DNA from: a virus
Taxonomy: Duplodnaviria; Caudoviricetes
Length of the DNA stretch: 64,000 nt
Virus record (IMG/VR): IMGVR_UViG_3300019378_000951
Location: 152,391-216,390 of that record
Reading direction: 5' to 3' (one strand)
In this document: piece by piece, positions 41,784 to 51,935 of the stretch
Numbering within the stretch: the stretch's first letter is position 1
Layout: each line of letters opens with the position of its first letter
Made by a program: the position numbers and the translations under genes
Notes under the pieces: generated by a model
What the model was told of the DNA's origin: nothing
Databases searched by the model: none
Seen by the model: only the letters and a program-made list of their open reading frames with translations

Positions 41784-41817
41784 ATAAAGGATAACGAAAG
41801 TTATCCTTTATTTTTTT
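41784..41817 (+). terminator. Rho-independent terminator
   Basis: ataaaggataac-gaaa-gttatcctttat plus T-tract. Confidence 0.8.
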
Positions 41818-41852
41818 CTGTGTTCCGTAAAATTAAATTAGGAGGATATAAT

Positions 41853-42206
41853 ATGTATAAGTTAAAAATTATTGAAAATTGTACGAGCGAATATGGATAC
41901 CCCATTTCAGTAATATCTGATTCATTTGATTTTTGTGTCGCAGTTGATAATGAACTTAATTTATTAGGTTTTACTACGTGTCTTACAAAAAAAGATTTAT
42001 TATGTGAAGGTATTGGTGAGGATAGCCTTAATGTTTTTATATCAGACGTAGGCGATGAATTTGCTATTAAACCTGGAACCTACAATGAGTTTTTATCAAG
42101 TTATTACTATCAATATGATGCATATAATGAATGGTGGGAAACTATTGATCATAAAGAATTTACAAAAAAAATTAGTGGATGTAATCCTATAGAGGTGATT
42201 AACTAA
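41853..42206 (+). CDS. Hypothetical protein
   Basis: ATG at 41853 after SD aggagg (ORF track start 41820). Confidence 0.7.
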   Translation: MYKLKIIENCTSEYGYPISVISDSFDFCVAVDNELNLLGFTTCLTKKDLLCEGIGEDSLNVFISDVGDEFAIKPGTYNEFLSSYYYQYDAYNEWWETIDHKEFTKKISGCNPIEVIN

Positions 42207-42628
42207 TGAGAGGAAAGATAAAATCATTAACTAAAATTTCAAAACTAGAATTATTGTCTGATAAAAGATTTGCAAAAGTAGAATTTCTATTTGATGTTAT
42301 TCAGGTTAATAGCCCTTTAGATGGAAGACCAACTGTATTTAGTAGTTATGAAAATTTAGTATGGGACTATGTTGATAGAAAATTATTATTTTTCACAACT
42401 TTAAGTAGTACAGGTGGAAAAATTCCAGATAAAGTTCATATAATACGAAGTGATGACTCAATGCCAATTATTGTATATGAAAAATTATCAGACCTTATTA
42501 GTAATCCAATCATGTATTTTGATGGGTATTTAAACAATGAGAAAAGACCGGGTGCGGTTAAATTAATGAAGTATATAAAAGATAATAATATTAATGTGGA
42601 AAGAATGATTATCGATTTAGATATATAG
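42206..42628 (+). CDS. Small-paralogue family protein with C-terminal tag (VERMIIDLDI)
   Basis: KRFAKV...LVWDYVDRKLLFF motif plus tail. Confidence 0.75.
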   Translation: MRGKIKSLTKISKLELLSDKRFAKVEFLFDVIQVNSPLDGRPTVFSSYENLVWDYVDRKLLFFTTLSSTGGKIPDKVHIIRSDDSMPIIVYEKLSDLISNPIMYFDGYLNNEKRPGAVKLMKYIKDNNINVERMIIDLDI

Positions 42629-42641
42629 CAGGAGGAAACTA

Positions 42642-42983
42642 ATGATAACAATAGGTAATGCAGAAAATGTAGATTATAACGGAGATACAGAAAGATATAT
42701 GTTTATACTATTCTTACTTACAAATGAAAATGGAGAGATATATAATGCTGTATGGAACGGGTGGGATACAATAGAAAAAAGATTATTATATTTTAACAGT
42801 TCAATACACCCAAGTAAAGATGCAATTAATTTAACTGATACTAGAGGTATTACATTTAGTATGGTGTATGATATTATTCCAGATGACAAAGAAGCATATA
42901 CTGTATCGGCAACTGAAATTTATGAAGCATTTTCCAGTGGAGAATTAGATGTAGAACGTATGTTAGTTGAATTTTTATTATAG
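42642..42983 (+). CDS. Small-paralogue family protein with C-terminal tag (VERMLVEFLL)
   Basis: ERYMFI...GWDTIEKRLLYF motif plus tail; SD aggagg. Confidence 0.75.
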   Translation: MITIGNAENVDYNGDTERYMFILFLLTNENGEIYNAVWNGWDTIEKRLLYFNSSIHPSKDAINLTDTRGITFSMVYDIIPDDKEAYTVSATEIYEAFSSGELDVERMLVEFLL

Positions 42984-42993
42984 GAGGTAGTAC

Positions 42994-43515
42994 ATGTTTA
43001 ATAATTCAGAAGATAAATGGGATATTACTTACATCAATATTGCTAACGAATATGCTAAACATAGTAAATGTGCTGCAAAAAAAGTAGCTTGTATATTGGT
43101 AAAAGATAATAATATAATAGGCGTAGGAGTTAATGGAACCCTTCCAGGTAAGACTAATTGTTGCGATAAATTTTATAAAGACTGGACACTTAATAGTGAT
43201 GGTAATTGGGTAGCTCAATGGCATGAAAAAGTAAATGGTAAATGGGAAATTTGTGATAATAAAGCTCATCATCGCTGGAGCAACCTTAATGAAACACATG
43301 CCGAAGTTAATGCTTTATCAAAAGCAAATCATAATGGAGTATCGGTTGAAGGGGCAACGGCTTATATTACACTTTCTCCGTGTTACAACTGTGCTAAGAT
43401 ACTTACCACATTTGGTGTAAAGCGTATAGTATTTACTAATAGATATGACGATGCTGACGAAGTTATAGATTATTTAGTTGAAAATGGTATATGGGTTACT
43501 GAATATAAAGAATAA
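42994..43515 (+). CDS. dCMP deaminase (ComEB-like)
   Basis: SKCAAKKVAC, GVNG, HAEVNAL, TLSPCYNCAK zinc-deaminase motifs. Confidence 0.92.
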   Translation: MFNNSEDKWDITYINIANEYAKHSKCAAKKVACILVKDNNIIGVGVNGTLPGKTNCCDKFYKDWTLNSDGNWVAQWHEKVNGKWEICDNKAHHRWSNLNETHAEVNALSKANHNGVSVEGATAYITLSPCYNCAKILTTFGVKRIVFTNRYDDADEVIDYLVENGIWVTEYKE

Positions 43516-43536
43516 AATTAAATTGGAGGTATATTT

Positions 43537-43938
43537 ATGATATATACACATACTGTAGAATTTGAATTAAAATGCAAGTTAGATTTAGTATATTCTTATT
43601 GTGACTACTATGCTAACGACATAGATGACGTTAAAAACGATCCAGAATGTTATTTAGGTGAATATGACGGTGCTGAAATTCTTATGGACTTGGGAGGTTG
43701 GGTATTTGTAAATGGAGATCCTTTTAGATGGGTTTCATTATATATAGAAGATAGAAACCAATTTACATTAGAAACAATGTTAGAAAGACTTGATAAACAT
43801 TTAACATTTGTAGTAATAATTTGCGATTACGACGATAGTAGATTATATGACTATTGTAACGTAAATGAAGCCGATGAAGAACTACAAGAATATATAAAGA
43901 AAGAGTTTAAAAGAAATTTAGTAGAACTATTTTTATAG
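43537..43938 (+). CDS. Hypothetical acidic protein with the C-terminal tag (FKRNLVELFL)
   Basis: SD ggaggt; body unlike the paralogue family, but the tail matches. Confidence 0.75.
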   Translation: MIYTHTVEFELKCKLDLVYSYCDYYANDIDDVKNDPECYLGEYDGAEILMDLGGWVFVNGDPFRWVSLYIEDRNQFTLETMLERLDKHLTFVVIICDYDDSRLYDYCNVNEADEELQEYIKKEFKRNLVELFL

Positions 43939-43963
43939 AATACTCATATGAGTATTCTTTTTT
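43937..43963 (+). terminator. Rho-independent terminator
   Basis: agaatactc-atat-gagtattct plus T-tract. Confidence 0.7.
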
Positions 43964-44014
43964 TGTTTATCGCTAAAACAATAAGCTATTACAGATATAT
44001 TGGAGGTGTGATAA

Positions 44015-44704
44015 ATGGCGATGAAAAAAATTATACGTACTGAAGAAAATTCATTACTAAATATTAAATCTATTAAAAATACTACAAATATAACTATTGA
44101 AAATGAAGAAGATATGTTTGAATGTGAAGAATTTTATTTCACTGACGTTTATGATGATAAAGCTGTAAAATCATTTATAAAAGCATGTGAAAAGAATATA
44201 CGTAGATCAACCTATTATTCTCAATATATAGGAACTCTTAAAGAAACATACAATGTTACAAATTGTGCTGTAATGGGTAATATAAGTTGTGATATCGCAG
44301 ATGTTGAAATGCATCATTATCCTTTCTCGTTATATGATATAGTTATGCTAAATATATTGAGATGTAACGATAAAGATATTAAAATGACTACATTTTCAGT
44401 AGCTTATGACGTTTTAAAGGATCATTTTAACAATATCATACCTTTAGTTCCATTAAGCAAAACTGCCCATGAACTAGCTCACGATGGTGAAGTATCAATA
44501 TCACTAAAACAGATTTTTGGAAATATTGAGTTATTTATTGAAAAATATAAGGACTACATGTCAGATTCAATGAAAATTAAATTCAATAAAATAGTCGAGT
44601 ATACCGAAAATGCAGATGCAATGTATAGTTCTAATAGTGAAACTTTAGCTGTAAAGAAAATGAATGACTTTGGAGACAATTTTTTTACAGACGTATCTTT
44701 CTAA
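44015..44704 (+). CDS. Jumbo-phage protein with HNH-like His pattern
   Basis: CAV...EMHHYPF...LVPLSKTAHELAH; late motif at 43977. Confidence 0.6.
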   Translation: MAMKKIIRTEENSLLNIKSIKNTTNITIENEEDMFECEEFYFTDVYDDKAVKSFIKACEKNIRRSTYYSQYIGTLKETYNVTNCAVMGNISCDIADVEMHHYPFSLYDIVMLNILRCNDKDIKMTTFSVAYDVLKDHFNNIIPLVPLSKTAHELAHDGEVSISLKQIFGNIELFIEKYKDYMSDSMKIKFNKIVEYTENADAMYSSNSETLAVKKMNDFGDNFFTDVSF

Positions 44705-44754
44705 AAACAAAATATTAGATTATAAAATATAAAATTTGAAAGGAGACTTTAATT

Positions 44755-45051
44755 ATGGCAAATATATCATGTTCAGGTGGATTTATACCATCTGTAGTTA
44801 ACACAGCATTAGATGCAAGAACTGTAATAGAAAATATAGAGGAAATGGCTAATATAAGTTATCCATTTGTAGGGATGGTAGTATATGTTAAAAACGAAAA
44901 TAAACTTTATTTAGTAACATCTTTAAAAGCTAAAAATGTTATGGGTATTTCGACACCAGATTCACAAGTCGATGGTTACGAATCTTTGGCTATAGAATTT
45001 GCAACGACAGATGAAGTAAATGCAATGATGGAAGAGTTAGGTTTAAATTAG
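44755..45051 (+). CDS. Probable small virion/tail-fibre-associated protein
   Basis: ALDART...PFVGMVVYVKNENKLY pattern; late motif at 44706. Confidence 0.55.
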   Translation: MANISCSGGFIPSVVNTALDARTVIENIEEMANISYPFVGMVVYVKNENKLYLVTSLKAKNVMGISTPDSQVDGYESLAIEFATTDEVNAMMEELGLN

Positions 45052-45069
45052 TAAAGAGGTGGTATATAA

Positions 45070-45804
45070 ATGGCAAATAAAACTGTATCAGAGTTAGATG
45101 TAAAAACTAATGCCAGATCTGAAGACGTAATGCTTATTGAAGACCAACTAAAAACATATCAAATATCTATATCAAATTTATTCAAAGATTATGTTACTAG
45201 AGATGAATTTGAACGTCGATTACAAGAACTAATGGATAAAATAAATGATTTATTAAATAGAATCAACGAATTAGAATCTTTATTTGAATCCCTACAAGAT
45301 AAGATCAAGCAGTTAGAAGATAAAATTAAAGAATTAGAAGGAAATAAACCACCAACTGAAGATCCTGAAGATCCTGAAGATCCACCAGTTGATGATACGT
45401 TTGATTTCGCAAATAACATTATATATGGTTATTATGTAACAGCAGGTGAAAACGCAGACCCTACTAATATTACTTTAAATGAATTAAAATTAGAAACTAC
45501 TAAAATTTTAAAAGCTCCATTAGAACCATCTGAGAAACCTATTCTAATGTGTGGAGAACATACTGACGCATGTCCTGAACCTTGTACATACTTCGCTATA
45601 GTACCAAAAGCTTCCGATTTAGTAGTGTATAATGATGATGGAAACGGTGGTAAAGTTCCATTTGATGATAGTAAAATACCTGGAACAGAATTACATTTTG
45701 GATGTAATGCTGTAGAAAAAGTTTTTAATGACGTTCCAGTATTAGTATGGGGTAAAATAATACAATCTGATAGTCTTAATTACATGCATATTGTTAAAAA
45801 GTAA
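45070..45804 (+). CDS. Probable virion protein with coiled coil and PED linker
   Basis: KTVSEL..., heptad LQELMDKINDLLNRINELE, PPTEDPEDPEDPP. Confidence 0.6.
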   Translation: MANKTVSELDVKTNARSEDVMLIEDQLKTYQISISNLFKDYVTRDEFERRLQELMDKINDLLNRINELESLFESLQDKIKQLEDKIKELEGNKPPTEDPEDPEDPPVDDTFDFANNIIYGYYVTAGENADPTNITLNELKLETTKILKAPLEPSEKPILMCGEHTDACPEPCTYFAIVPKASDLVVYNDDGNGGKVPFDDSKIPGTELHFGCNAVEKVFNDVPVLVWGKIIQSDSLNYMHIVKK

Positions 45805-45832
45805 TGGATCATTTAGATCCATTACTTTTTAA
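45794..45832. terminator. Bidirectional terminator at convergent genes
   Basis: 17-bp perfect stem ttaaaaagtaatggatc-attta-gatccattactttttaa that contains both stop codons. Confidence 0.75.
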
Positions 45833-46680
45833 TATTTTCTTCCGCTACCAATTAATATTTGTACTACCGTATCGGCAACATCTTTTACAAATCTTTCATA
45901 ACTTTTATTAAACAAATAATCTAATTCTTCTTTTTTTATATAATCTTGTAAAATTGAATCTACATCTCTATACGTTAATACTAAGTTATCATTTTCTTTT
46001 ATTAAATATTTACGCCCTTTAATATAACTAAAATCAACATCATAAACTTTACTATCAGGATGCCATCCATTCGCACATGATTCAACTAACAGTTTAAGTC
46101 CTAGTAAGTCTTCACCCATTTCAGCTGATTGATTTATATATTGAACTTTCATACATTGATAGATTGCGGTATCCATACGTTCTCTTAATAAGCCTATATA
46201 ATTATTATATGCAACCCTTACAGCTGCATTAGTTAAATCAGGTTCATTGTCGATATAATTTACATGATCATCCATTATAATTTTTATTGCTTTAATTTTT
46301 TTAATTTCTTTAAATTTAACATGTATAATCATAGGGTTTACAAATGAATGAACATGCCCTTCACTATCATCAATTACATCTTCTAATTTTTTTGTAGACA
46401 GTGATGGTTCTAATTTAAAATCACTAGTTATTTCTTCTATATCATCTTTAACTAGTTGCACATCATTTTCATCAAATATTAATATAGATCTAAGAGATGC
46501 ATATCTTAATATAAGTTCATTACCTATAGTTACTATTATTTCATTAGTCTCTATAATATCAGTATTAGTAGGTATTATGACTAAATTATTTTCAATTTCG
46601 TTCATGATATATTCATTTTGTATTTCAATCATTTCAACTCTATTACTCATATCATTTAAATATCTATAAATAGTTGCCAC
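45829..46680 (-). CDS. Hypothetical protein (late operon)
   Basis: 283-aa ORF, SD aaggggtg. Confidence 0.75.
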   Translation of the reverse strand: MATIYRYLNDMSNRVEMIEIQNEYIMNEIENNLVIIPTNTDIIETNEIIVTIGNELILRYASLRSILIFDENDVQLVKDDIEEITSDFKLEPSLSTKKLEDVIDDSEGHVHSFVNPMIIHVKFKEIKKIKAIKIIMDDHVNYIDNEPDLTNAAVRVAYNNYIGLLRERMDTAIYQCMKVQYINQSAEMGEDLLGLKLLVESCANGWHPDSKVYDVDFSYIKGRKYLIKENDNLVLTYRDVDSILQDYIKKEELDYLFNKSYERFVKDVADTVVQILIGSGRKY

Positions 46681-46691
46681 ATTATCACCCC

Positions 46692-47990
46692 TTATATATC
46701 AGTGTCTCTTATTATAGTCTTAGCATAATTTGTGTACTTAGATAGTAATCCTGCATCGTCAGGATGTAATTGTTGTTCAATTTCATTAATCTTAGATAAG
46801 TCTCCATAAATTATTATTCTATATGTAGTATTTACCATTGGGTCATTAGTTTTTAATTCAAATTTATCCCAATCAACTTTATACTCTTCAGGCATAAGTA
46901 ATCTTGCGTTTGCAGATACTAATACTTCCATTATATTATCAATTCTATATCCTTGTTTTCTTAAAGTTTGTATTACTTCTACTAAATTATAGTCTAGTAT
47001 AGATTTGAAATTAAGGACATCATACTCGACATTAACATCTGGGAAAAATTCTTCTGTTCTTATTAAGTGTTTTCCATCTTTCATAGCACGTACATAATCC
47101 ATAGGTAAATATAATGTAAACATAAGTGTATTGTTATCTATAGCTTCAATTTCGTTAAATGGTCTCGTTTCTTTTTCAGTAAGCTTGTCAGCTTCAAATA
47201 AAAAGTTAGCAGGAGTCCAAAATTCTGCAGAAAAACTAAAATCAACATATGTGTCTCCAACACTAAGGTCTTCTGGATTTCTTGTAACATCTGGATAGTC
47301 CTGAACATTTATTAATACATTACATCTATAATTATATGCATACATTCTATTTCCTGTACTCATATTTCTTTTAGCATGAATACCATTATATGAGTATTCG
47401 CTAAGATAAGTTGCAACTTGGTCTTTACCTTCATCAGTACTCCAATCATATCCTTGTTTTAAACATATAGGTTTAACTAACATTGGAGGCAACTCTGTCT
47501 GTAGCCTTACATTATTAAGATATCTATATCCGCCTATATCAAATATATTAGTTAACATATGTGCAACATCGACACCTTGCATATACGTTTTCAATTTTAT
47601 ACGACATTGAAAGTTAACTTTAAGTCTATTAGGAACTGAATAAATAAAAGTCTTATTATCCCAATCTTCTAATACTGGTGAGTAATTTCTTCTTCTATTA
47701 CTTAATACAAATTCATTCGTTTTATGCCATCTAGGAAGATCATACGAAAAATTGCTTGGGTCCCAAGTAGGTTGAATGTACAATGTTTGATTTCCATATT
47801 TATGATAAGTTGGGTGGTTATCATCTGACATTGTTGTCATAGGAATAAAAAAATCAGCAACGTGTAAATTACGAATATAACCTTTTGGAAATTGATTTAT
47901 AAGCCAATTACCCATAACAGATGTTATACTACTGATTACCGAACTTGTGTTTGTCATAGTTCTACAAGACATTATCATATTATTTTTCAC
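46692..47990 (-). CDS. Probable virion structural protein
   Basis: 432-aa ORF preceded by late motif AACAtacccaTA (48009..48020, minus) and SD gggggtg. Confidence 0.65.
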   Translation of the reverse strand: MKNNMIMSCRTMTNTSSVISSITSVMGNWLINQFPKGYIRNLHVADFFIPMTTMSDDNHPTYHKYGNQTLYIQPTWDPSNFSYDLPRWHKTNEFVLSNRRRNYSPVLEDWDNKTFIYSVPNRLKVNFQCRIKLKTYMQGVDVAHMLTNIFDIGGYRYLNNVRLQTELPPMLVKPICLKQGYDWSTDEGKDQVATYLSEYSYNGIHAKRNMSTGNRMYAYNYRCNVLINVQDYPDVTRNPEDLSVGDTYVDFSFSAEFWTPANFLFEADKLTEKETRPFNEIEAIDNNTLMFTLYLPMDYVRAMKDGKHLIRTEEFFPDVNVEYDVLNFKSILDYNLVEVIQTLRKQGYRIDNIMEVLVSANARLLMPEEYKVDWDKFELKTNDPMVNTTYRIIIYGDLSKINEIEQQLHPDDAGLLSKYTNYAKTIIRDTDI

Positions 47991-48039
47991 ATTAACACCC
48001 CCGTTTTATATGGGTATGTTCACATCGTCGGAACATACA

Positions 48040-48070
48040 AAAAAAGAGAAGCTTAATGGCTTCTCTTTTC
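48040..48070 (-). terminator. Rho-independent terminator
   Basis: aaaagagaagc / gcttctctttt stem with an A-tract on the plus strand. Confidence 0.7.
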
Positions 48071-48073
48071 ATT

Positions 48074-49339
48074 TTATTCAAATTTACTTTCATAGAATAC
48101 TTTGTATAATTTATAAGTTTCATGTAAATCTGTTTTAGATATAACTTCTTGTGGAGAGTGCATCGCTAATACTGGCACTCCTATATCTATAACATGACAT
48201 CCTTTAATTGCAAAGAATGAAGATACAGTACCTCCTCCACCTTCTCCAAGTTTATTAGTTTCTATTGAATACTTAATTTCATTATCAACTGCTAACTTTT
48301 TAATCCAATGTTTAAATGCAAATTCAGTATCATTACCTCTTTTACATCCTAAATAAGGCACTATTCCAGCACCTTTACCACATACAGCCATTGCACTCTT
48401 TTCAAAATGGCTTCCAAAATTGCTATCATATCCAGCACATACATCAGCTGATATTACACAAGAATTTCTTATAGCAGCTCTAGCAAATACTTCATTATTA
48501 AATTCTGATGTTGCAAATAGTATAAGTCTAAATATATCATCTATATATTCACTTTCGCAACCTGTAGTTTGCCCACTACCTGTTTCTTCATAAGATGCAA
48601 ATAAAGCCATTTGTGTTCTTTCTGTATCTTTACTATCAAAGAAAGCTTTTAATTCAGCAAAAGCGCAACAACTATCATCGTGTCCATAACCTGTAATTAA
48701 ATCTTTGTCAAATCCAAGTTCTCTAACTCCGTCAGCAGGTACAAAACTTAAATCTGCAAATTCTAGATCTTTATCTTCTATTCCATACTTTTCTTTAATA
48801 AATTCTAAAACATTTTCTTTTTTATTATTGCCTATTCTTACTATTAAGTCTTTACATTTTAAATCTTGCATTTCATCTCGTCCATTTAAATGTGGTAATA
48901 AACTTGTAACTACAAATTCAAATTCACCTTTAGTGTTTATATCTATAACACCTTTTTCTGTAGTAACTCTACCTACTAATATAAGTGGTCTATCTAACCA
49001 ACTTTGTGCTATTATTCCTCCATAAGGTATTGTCTTTAAAAATACTCCGTCATCTTCTTCTATAAATGGGTCTCCTGTTATAACGTCTAATCTAGGGCTA
49101 TCTAAATGGCTAACTATTACATTTGCACCTTCAACTAGGTTTTTACCAACTTTAACCAATGCTATAAATTTATCTCTGAATTTAAATATTAGTCTATCAC
49201 CTTGTTTTATCTCTGAATCTTCAAGTTGTAACTTTTTAAAACCTTTTTCTTTAGCTTGCCCCTCTATATAGTCTACTAATAGTCTTTCATGGAATCCATG
49301 GTTTTCTATCATATACTTGTATTCATCAAAAAACATCAT
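48074..49339 (-). CDS. M18-family aminopeptidase
   Basis: SHLDSPRL, YGGI..SWLDRPL, GHDD, YEETGS, ISADV, GGGGTV, DIGVPVLAMHSP. Confidence 0.93.
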   Translation of the reverse strand: MMFFDEYKYMIENHGFHERLLVDYIEGQAKEKGFKKLQLEDSEIKQGDRLIFKFRDKFIALVKVGKNLVEGANVIVSHLDSPRLDVITGDPFIEEDDGVFLKTIPYGGIIAQSWLDRPLILVGRVTTEKGVIDINTKGEFEFVVTSLLPHLNGRDEMQDLKCKDLIVRIGNNKKENVLEFIKEKYGIEDKDLEFADLSFVPADGVRELGFDKDLITGYGHDDSCCAFAELKAFFDSKDTERTQMALFASYEETGSGQTTGCESEYIDDIFRLILFATSEFNNEVFARAAIRNSCVISADVCAGYDSNFGSHFEKSAMAVCGKGAGIVPYLGCKRGNDTEFAFKHWIKKLAVDNEIKYSIETNKLGEGGGGTVSSFFAIKGCHVIDIGVPVLAMHSPQEVISKTDLHETYKLYKVFYESKFE

Positions 49340-49377
49340 AAGCAGTACCTCCCAAAATATAAATTTTTATATTATAA

Positions 49378-49686
49378 TTATAATATGCTATCGATTATTA
49401 GTTTGTCCATCATGACTCTTTTTTCTTCTTCTGTAAATTTATCCCACCAATTACTAATTTCTGGATTCTTCAATTCTATTAAAAATATGTTAGTACCTAA
49501 TTTATTTGTGTAATTTACAGTGCAAGTTTCTCTAAAATAAATTCCTCTAAAAGAATATAGCTTATTATTTTCTTTATCATATACTACTACATCTGAAACA
49601 TCAACATTTTTATTATCAATTACATATGTTAACCAAAAGCGTCCATCTTCTGAATCTTGTAACATACGTGCTATCTTTAATTCCAA
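49378..49686 (-). CDS. Small-paralogue family protein with C-terminal tag (MDKLIIDSIL)
   Basis: GRFWL...VVYDKENNKLYSF plus tail. Confidence 0.75.
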   Translation of the reverse strand: MELKIARMLQDSEDGRFWLTYVIDNKNVDVSDVVVYDKENNKLYSFRGIYFRETCTVNYTNKLGTNIFLIELKNPEISNWWDKFTEEEKRVMMDKLIIDSIL

Positions 49687-49727
49687 AATTTATACCTCCT
49701 CAAAAAAAATAAATCCCATTAAGGGAT

Positions 49728-50657
49728 TTATCTTAAAAATGTAAATATTATATATCCAATATATAATACTACAAAAATTATTCCTTCTTTTCTATTAATA
49801 ATTTTTTCTTTGTCTTTTACAAATATAAAAAGTAATATAGTTATTAGAGTCATAAATATTACGTCATAAAGAGCTACCATACTAAATGTTAATGGATTGA
49901 TAAAACTTGATAGACCTAATATAAATAATATATTAAATATATTACTTCCAACAACGTTACCTACTGCTAACTCTTTTTCACCTTTTCTTATTGCTATTAA
50001 GCTAGTTACTAATTCAGGTAAACTTGTTCCTAGAGCTACTATTGTTAATCCTATAAAGTTCTCGCTTAATCCTAATGATCTAGCTATATCAGACGCTGAA
50101 AGTACTACTAAATCTCCACCTTTAACTATTAAACCAATACCTATAACGCCTAATATTAATTTTATTATAAACTTTTTAGTTGTTTCTTTTTCTTCAACAC
50201 TGTCATTATCCATGTTTTTAGCTTTTAATATATTACTTACTATATAGAATATAAATGCTATTACCAATATTCCTGCTTCAATTCTAGTTATACTTAAATC
50301 TATAGCACAAGCAAATAATAGTATACATATTGATATTAGTAATTTTATACTGATATAGTTTTCTTTATCGACTGGTAAACTATTAGTCATTATACTGGAA
50401 AATCCAAGTATTACTAATATATTGAAGAAATTACTTCCAACTACATTAGCCATACACATTTCATTAACTCCGTGTAATCCAGCTGCTATATTAACACTCG
50501 CTTCTGGTAAACTTGTTCCCATTGCGACTAATGTCAACCCTATTATTACTGTTGGTATATTAAATTTTCTTGCGATAGCAGATGCTCCGTCTACAAAGAA
50601 ATCAGCACCTTTTATTAAACATACAAAACCTAATACTAATAAGAATAATGACATCAT
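49728..50657 (-). CDS. yrbG: Ca2+/cation (Na+/Ca2+) antiporter, YrbG/CaCA family
   Basis: Two alpha-repeats GLTLVAMGTSLPE / GLTIVALGTSLPE and NVVGSNxFN twice; about 10 TM segments. Confidence 0.93.
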   Translation of the reverse strand: MMSLFLLVLGFVCLIKGADFFVDGASAIARKFNIPTVIIGLTLVAMGTSLPEASVNIAAGLHGVNEMCMANVVGSNFFNILVILGFSSIMTNSLPVDKENYISIKLLISICILLFACAIDLSITRIEAGILVIAFIFYIVSNILKAKNMDNDSVEEKETTKKFIIKLILGVIGIGLIVKGGDLVVLSASDIARSLGLSENFIGLTIVALGTSLPELVTSLIAIRKGEKELAVGNVVGSNIFNILFILGLSSFINPLTFSMVALYDVIFMTLITILLFIFVKDKEKIINRKEGIIFVVLYIGYIIFTFLR

Positions 50658-50726
50658 AAAATAACCCCTCCCAAAATTTAATTTTATTCAAAAAATTAAG
50701 ATAGGACTATGAAGTCCTATCTTTCT

Positions 50727-51110
50727 TTAATCTATTGCTACTTCACATTGAACTAATAGTTCATTAATAACATTTATTACTTTTTCTTTATTAGTGTTAT
50801 AGAATTTATGAAGATCATCGAATTTTTCAAGTTCATCATTATTATATGATGCTATAAATTCTTTGACATCCTGTTCTGTTAATAGATATAAAGACATTTT
50901 ACCATAGTAAATTTCAGGTGGTAATTCCATACTTATTAAATTATTATAGTATTCTATTCCTGTTCGTTCTATCATATAATCATAGATATCGTTTGTTTCT
51001 CTATCAAATAATACAACTCTGTTTTTATCATTATTATCTTTAAATGTTACTTTTACATATCTAGATTCTAAACCTTCTATAAACATTACATCGTTTACTA
51101 AATATATCAT
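50727..51110 (-). CDS. Small-paralogue family protein (degenerate tail)
   Basis: SRYVKV...VVLFDRETNDIYDY; ends INELLVQCEVAID. Confidence 0.75.
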   Translation of the reverse strand: MIYLVNDVMFIEGLESRYVKVTFKDNNDKNRVVLFDRETNDIYDYMIERTGIEYYNNLISMELPPEIYYGKMSLYLLTEQDVKEFIASYNNDELEKFDDLHKFYNTNKEKVINVINELLVQCEVAID

Positions 51111-51176
51111 ATAAATACCTCCTAATTTGATCTAATAATTTTTATTACCATAGAAATAATATATAATTGAAATTTA

Positions 51177-51527
51177 TTATAATACGCCTTCTACTATTCG
51201 TTTAGTAATTTCTTTATCAAATTCTTCATGTTTATCTTTATTAAATTTAATAAAATTTAAAAATCTGCAAAGTACAGGATGGAATTGTCTACTAATGTTT
51301 TTATAAACATAAACTTTTAGTTCTTTACCTGTCGTATCTCTGTATGTGAATGTATCATTGTATCCACTAAGCGGAGCTAGTGAATAAAGATAAAACTGTT
51401 TATCAACAGTATCGTATACAATCCATAATTGGTCTTCTTCGTAATTAATATCTATCATTATAAAATAATATCTACCTTCTATATCACTGGCTACTGTATC
51501 AACAAATCTAATAGAATATTGATCCAT
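51177..51527 (-). CDS. Small-paralogue family protein with C-terminal tag (ITKRIVEGVL)
   Basis: GRYYFI...WIVYDTVDKQFYLY plus tail. Confidence 0.78.
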   Translation of the reverse strand: MDQYSIRFVDTVASDIEGRYYFIMIDINYEEDQLWIVYDTVDKQFYLYSLAPLSGYNDTFTYRDTTGKELKVYVYKNISRQFHPVLCRFLNFIKFNKDKHEEFDKEITKRIVEGVL

Positions 51528-51539
51528 AATTTTATCCTC

Positions 51540-51917
51540 CTATATCATAGATTCTATTACTTCTTTTTTACAAGATTCTATTAATGTATTATCATTGACG
51601 ATATATTCTTCTAAATACATAAACTTATCATCAACTAATTTTCCATATTCTGGTGTTTTGTAAATATATACATTAGCCATTACAGTAGTACAATCATCTA
51701 AATATAATGAATAACGATCGTTGTAAGACAATCCTTTAACATTATCAGTAATATATTCATAGCCGTAAATTTTTTCGTCAATACTATCGAATATCACCCA
51801 CCACGCATCTTCAGTATCAAATTCATCTTCTCTTATTCCTCTAAGTAGAATATTGTAATATCTTTCCGTTGATTCTGACAAATCAAGATCAATGACTTCT
51901 ATAAATTTATAATACAT
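51540..51917 (-). CDS. Small-paralogue family protein with C-terminal tag (CKKEVIESMI)
   Basis: ERYYNI...WVIFDSIDEKIYGY plus tail. Confidence 0.78.
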   Translation of the reverse strand: MYYKFIEVIDLDLSESTERYYNILLRGIREDEFDTEDAWWVIFDSIDEKIYGYEYITDNVKGLSYNDRYSLYLDDCTTVMANVYIYKTPEYGKLVDDKFMYLEEYIVNDNTLIESCKKEVIESMI

Positions 51918-51935
51918 AGAAACCTCCTAATTTAA

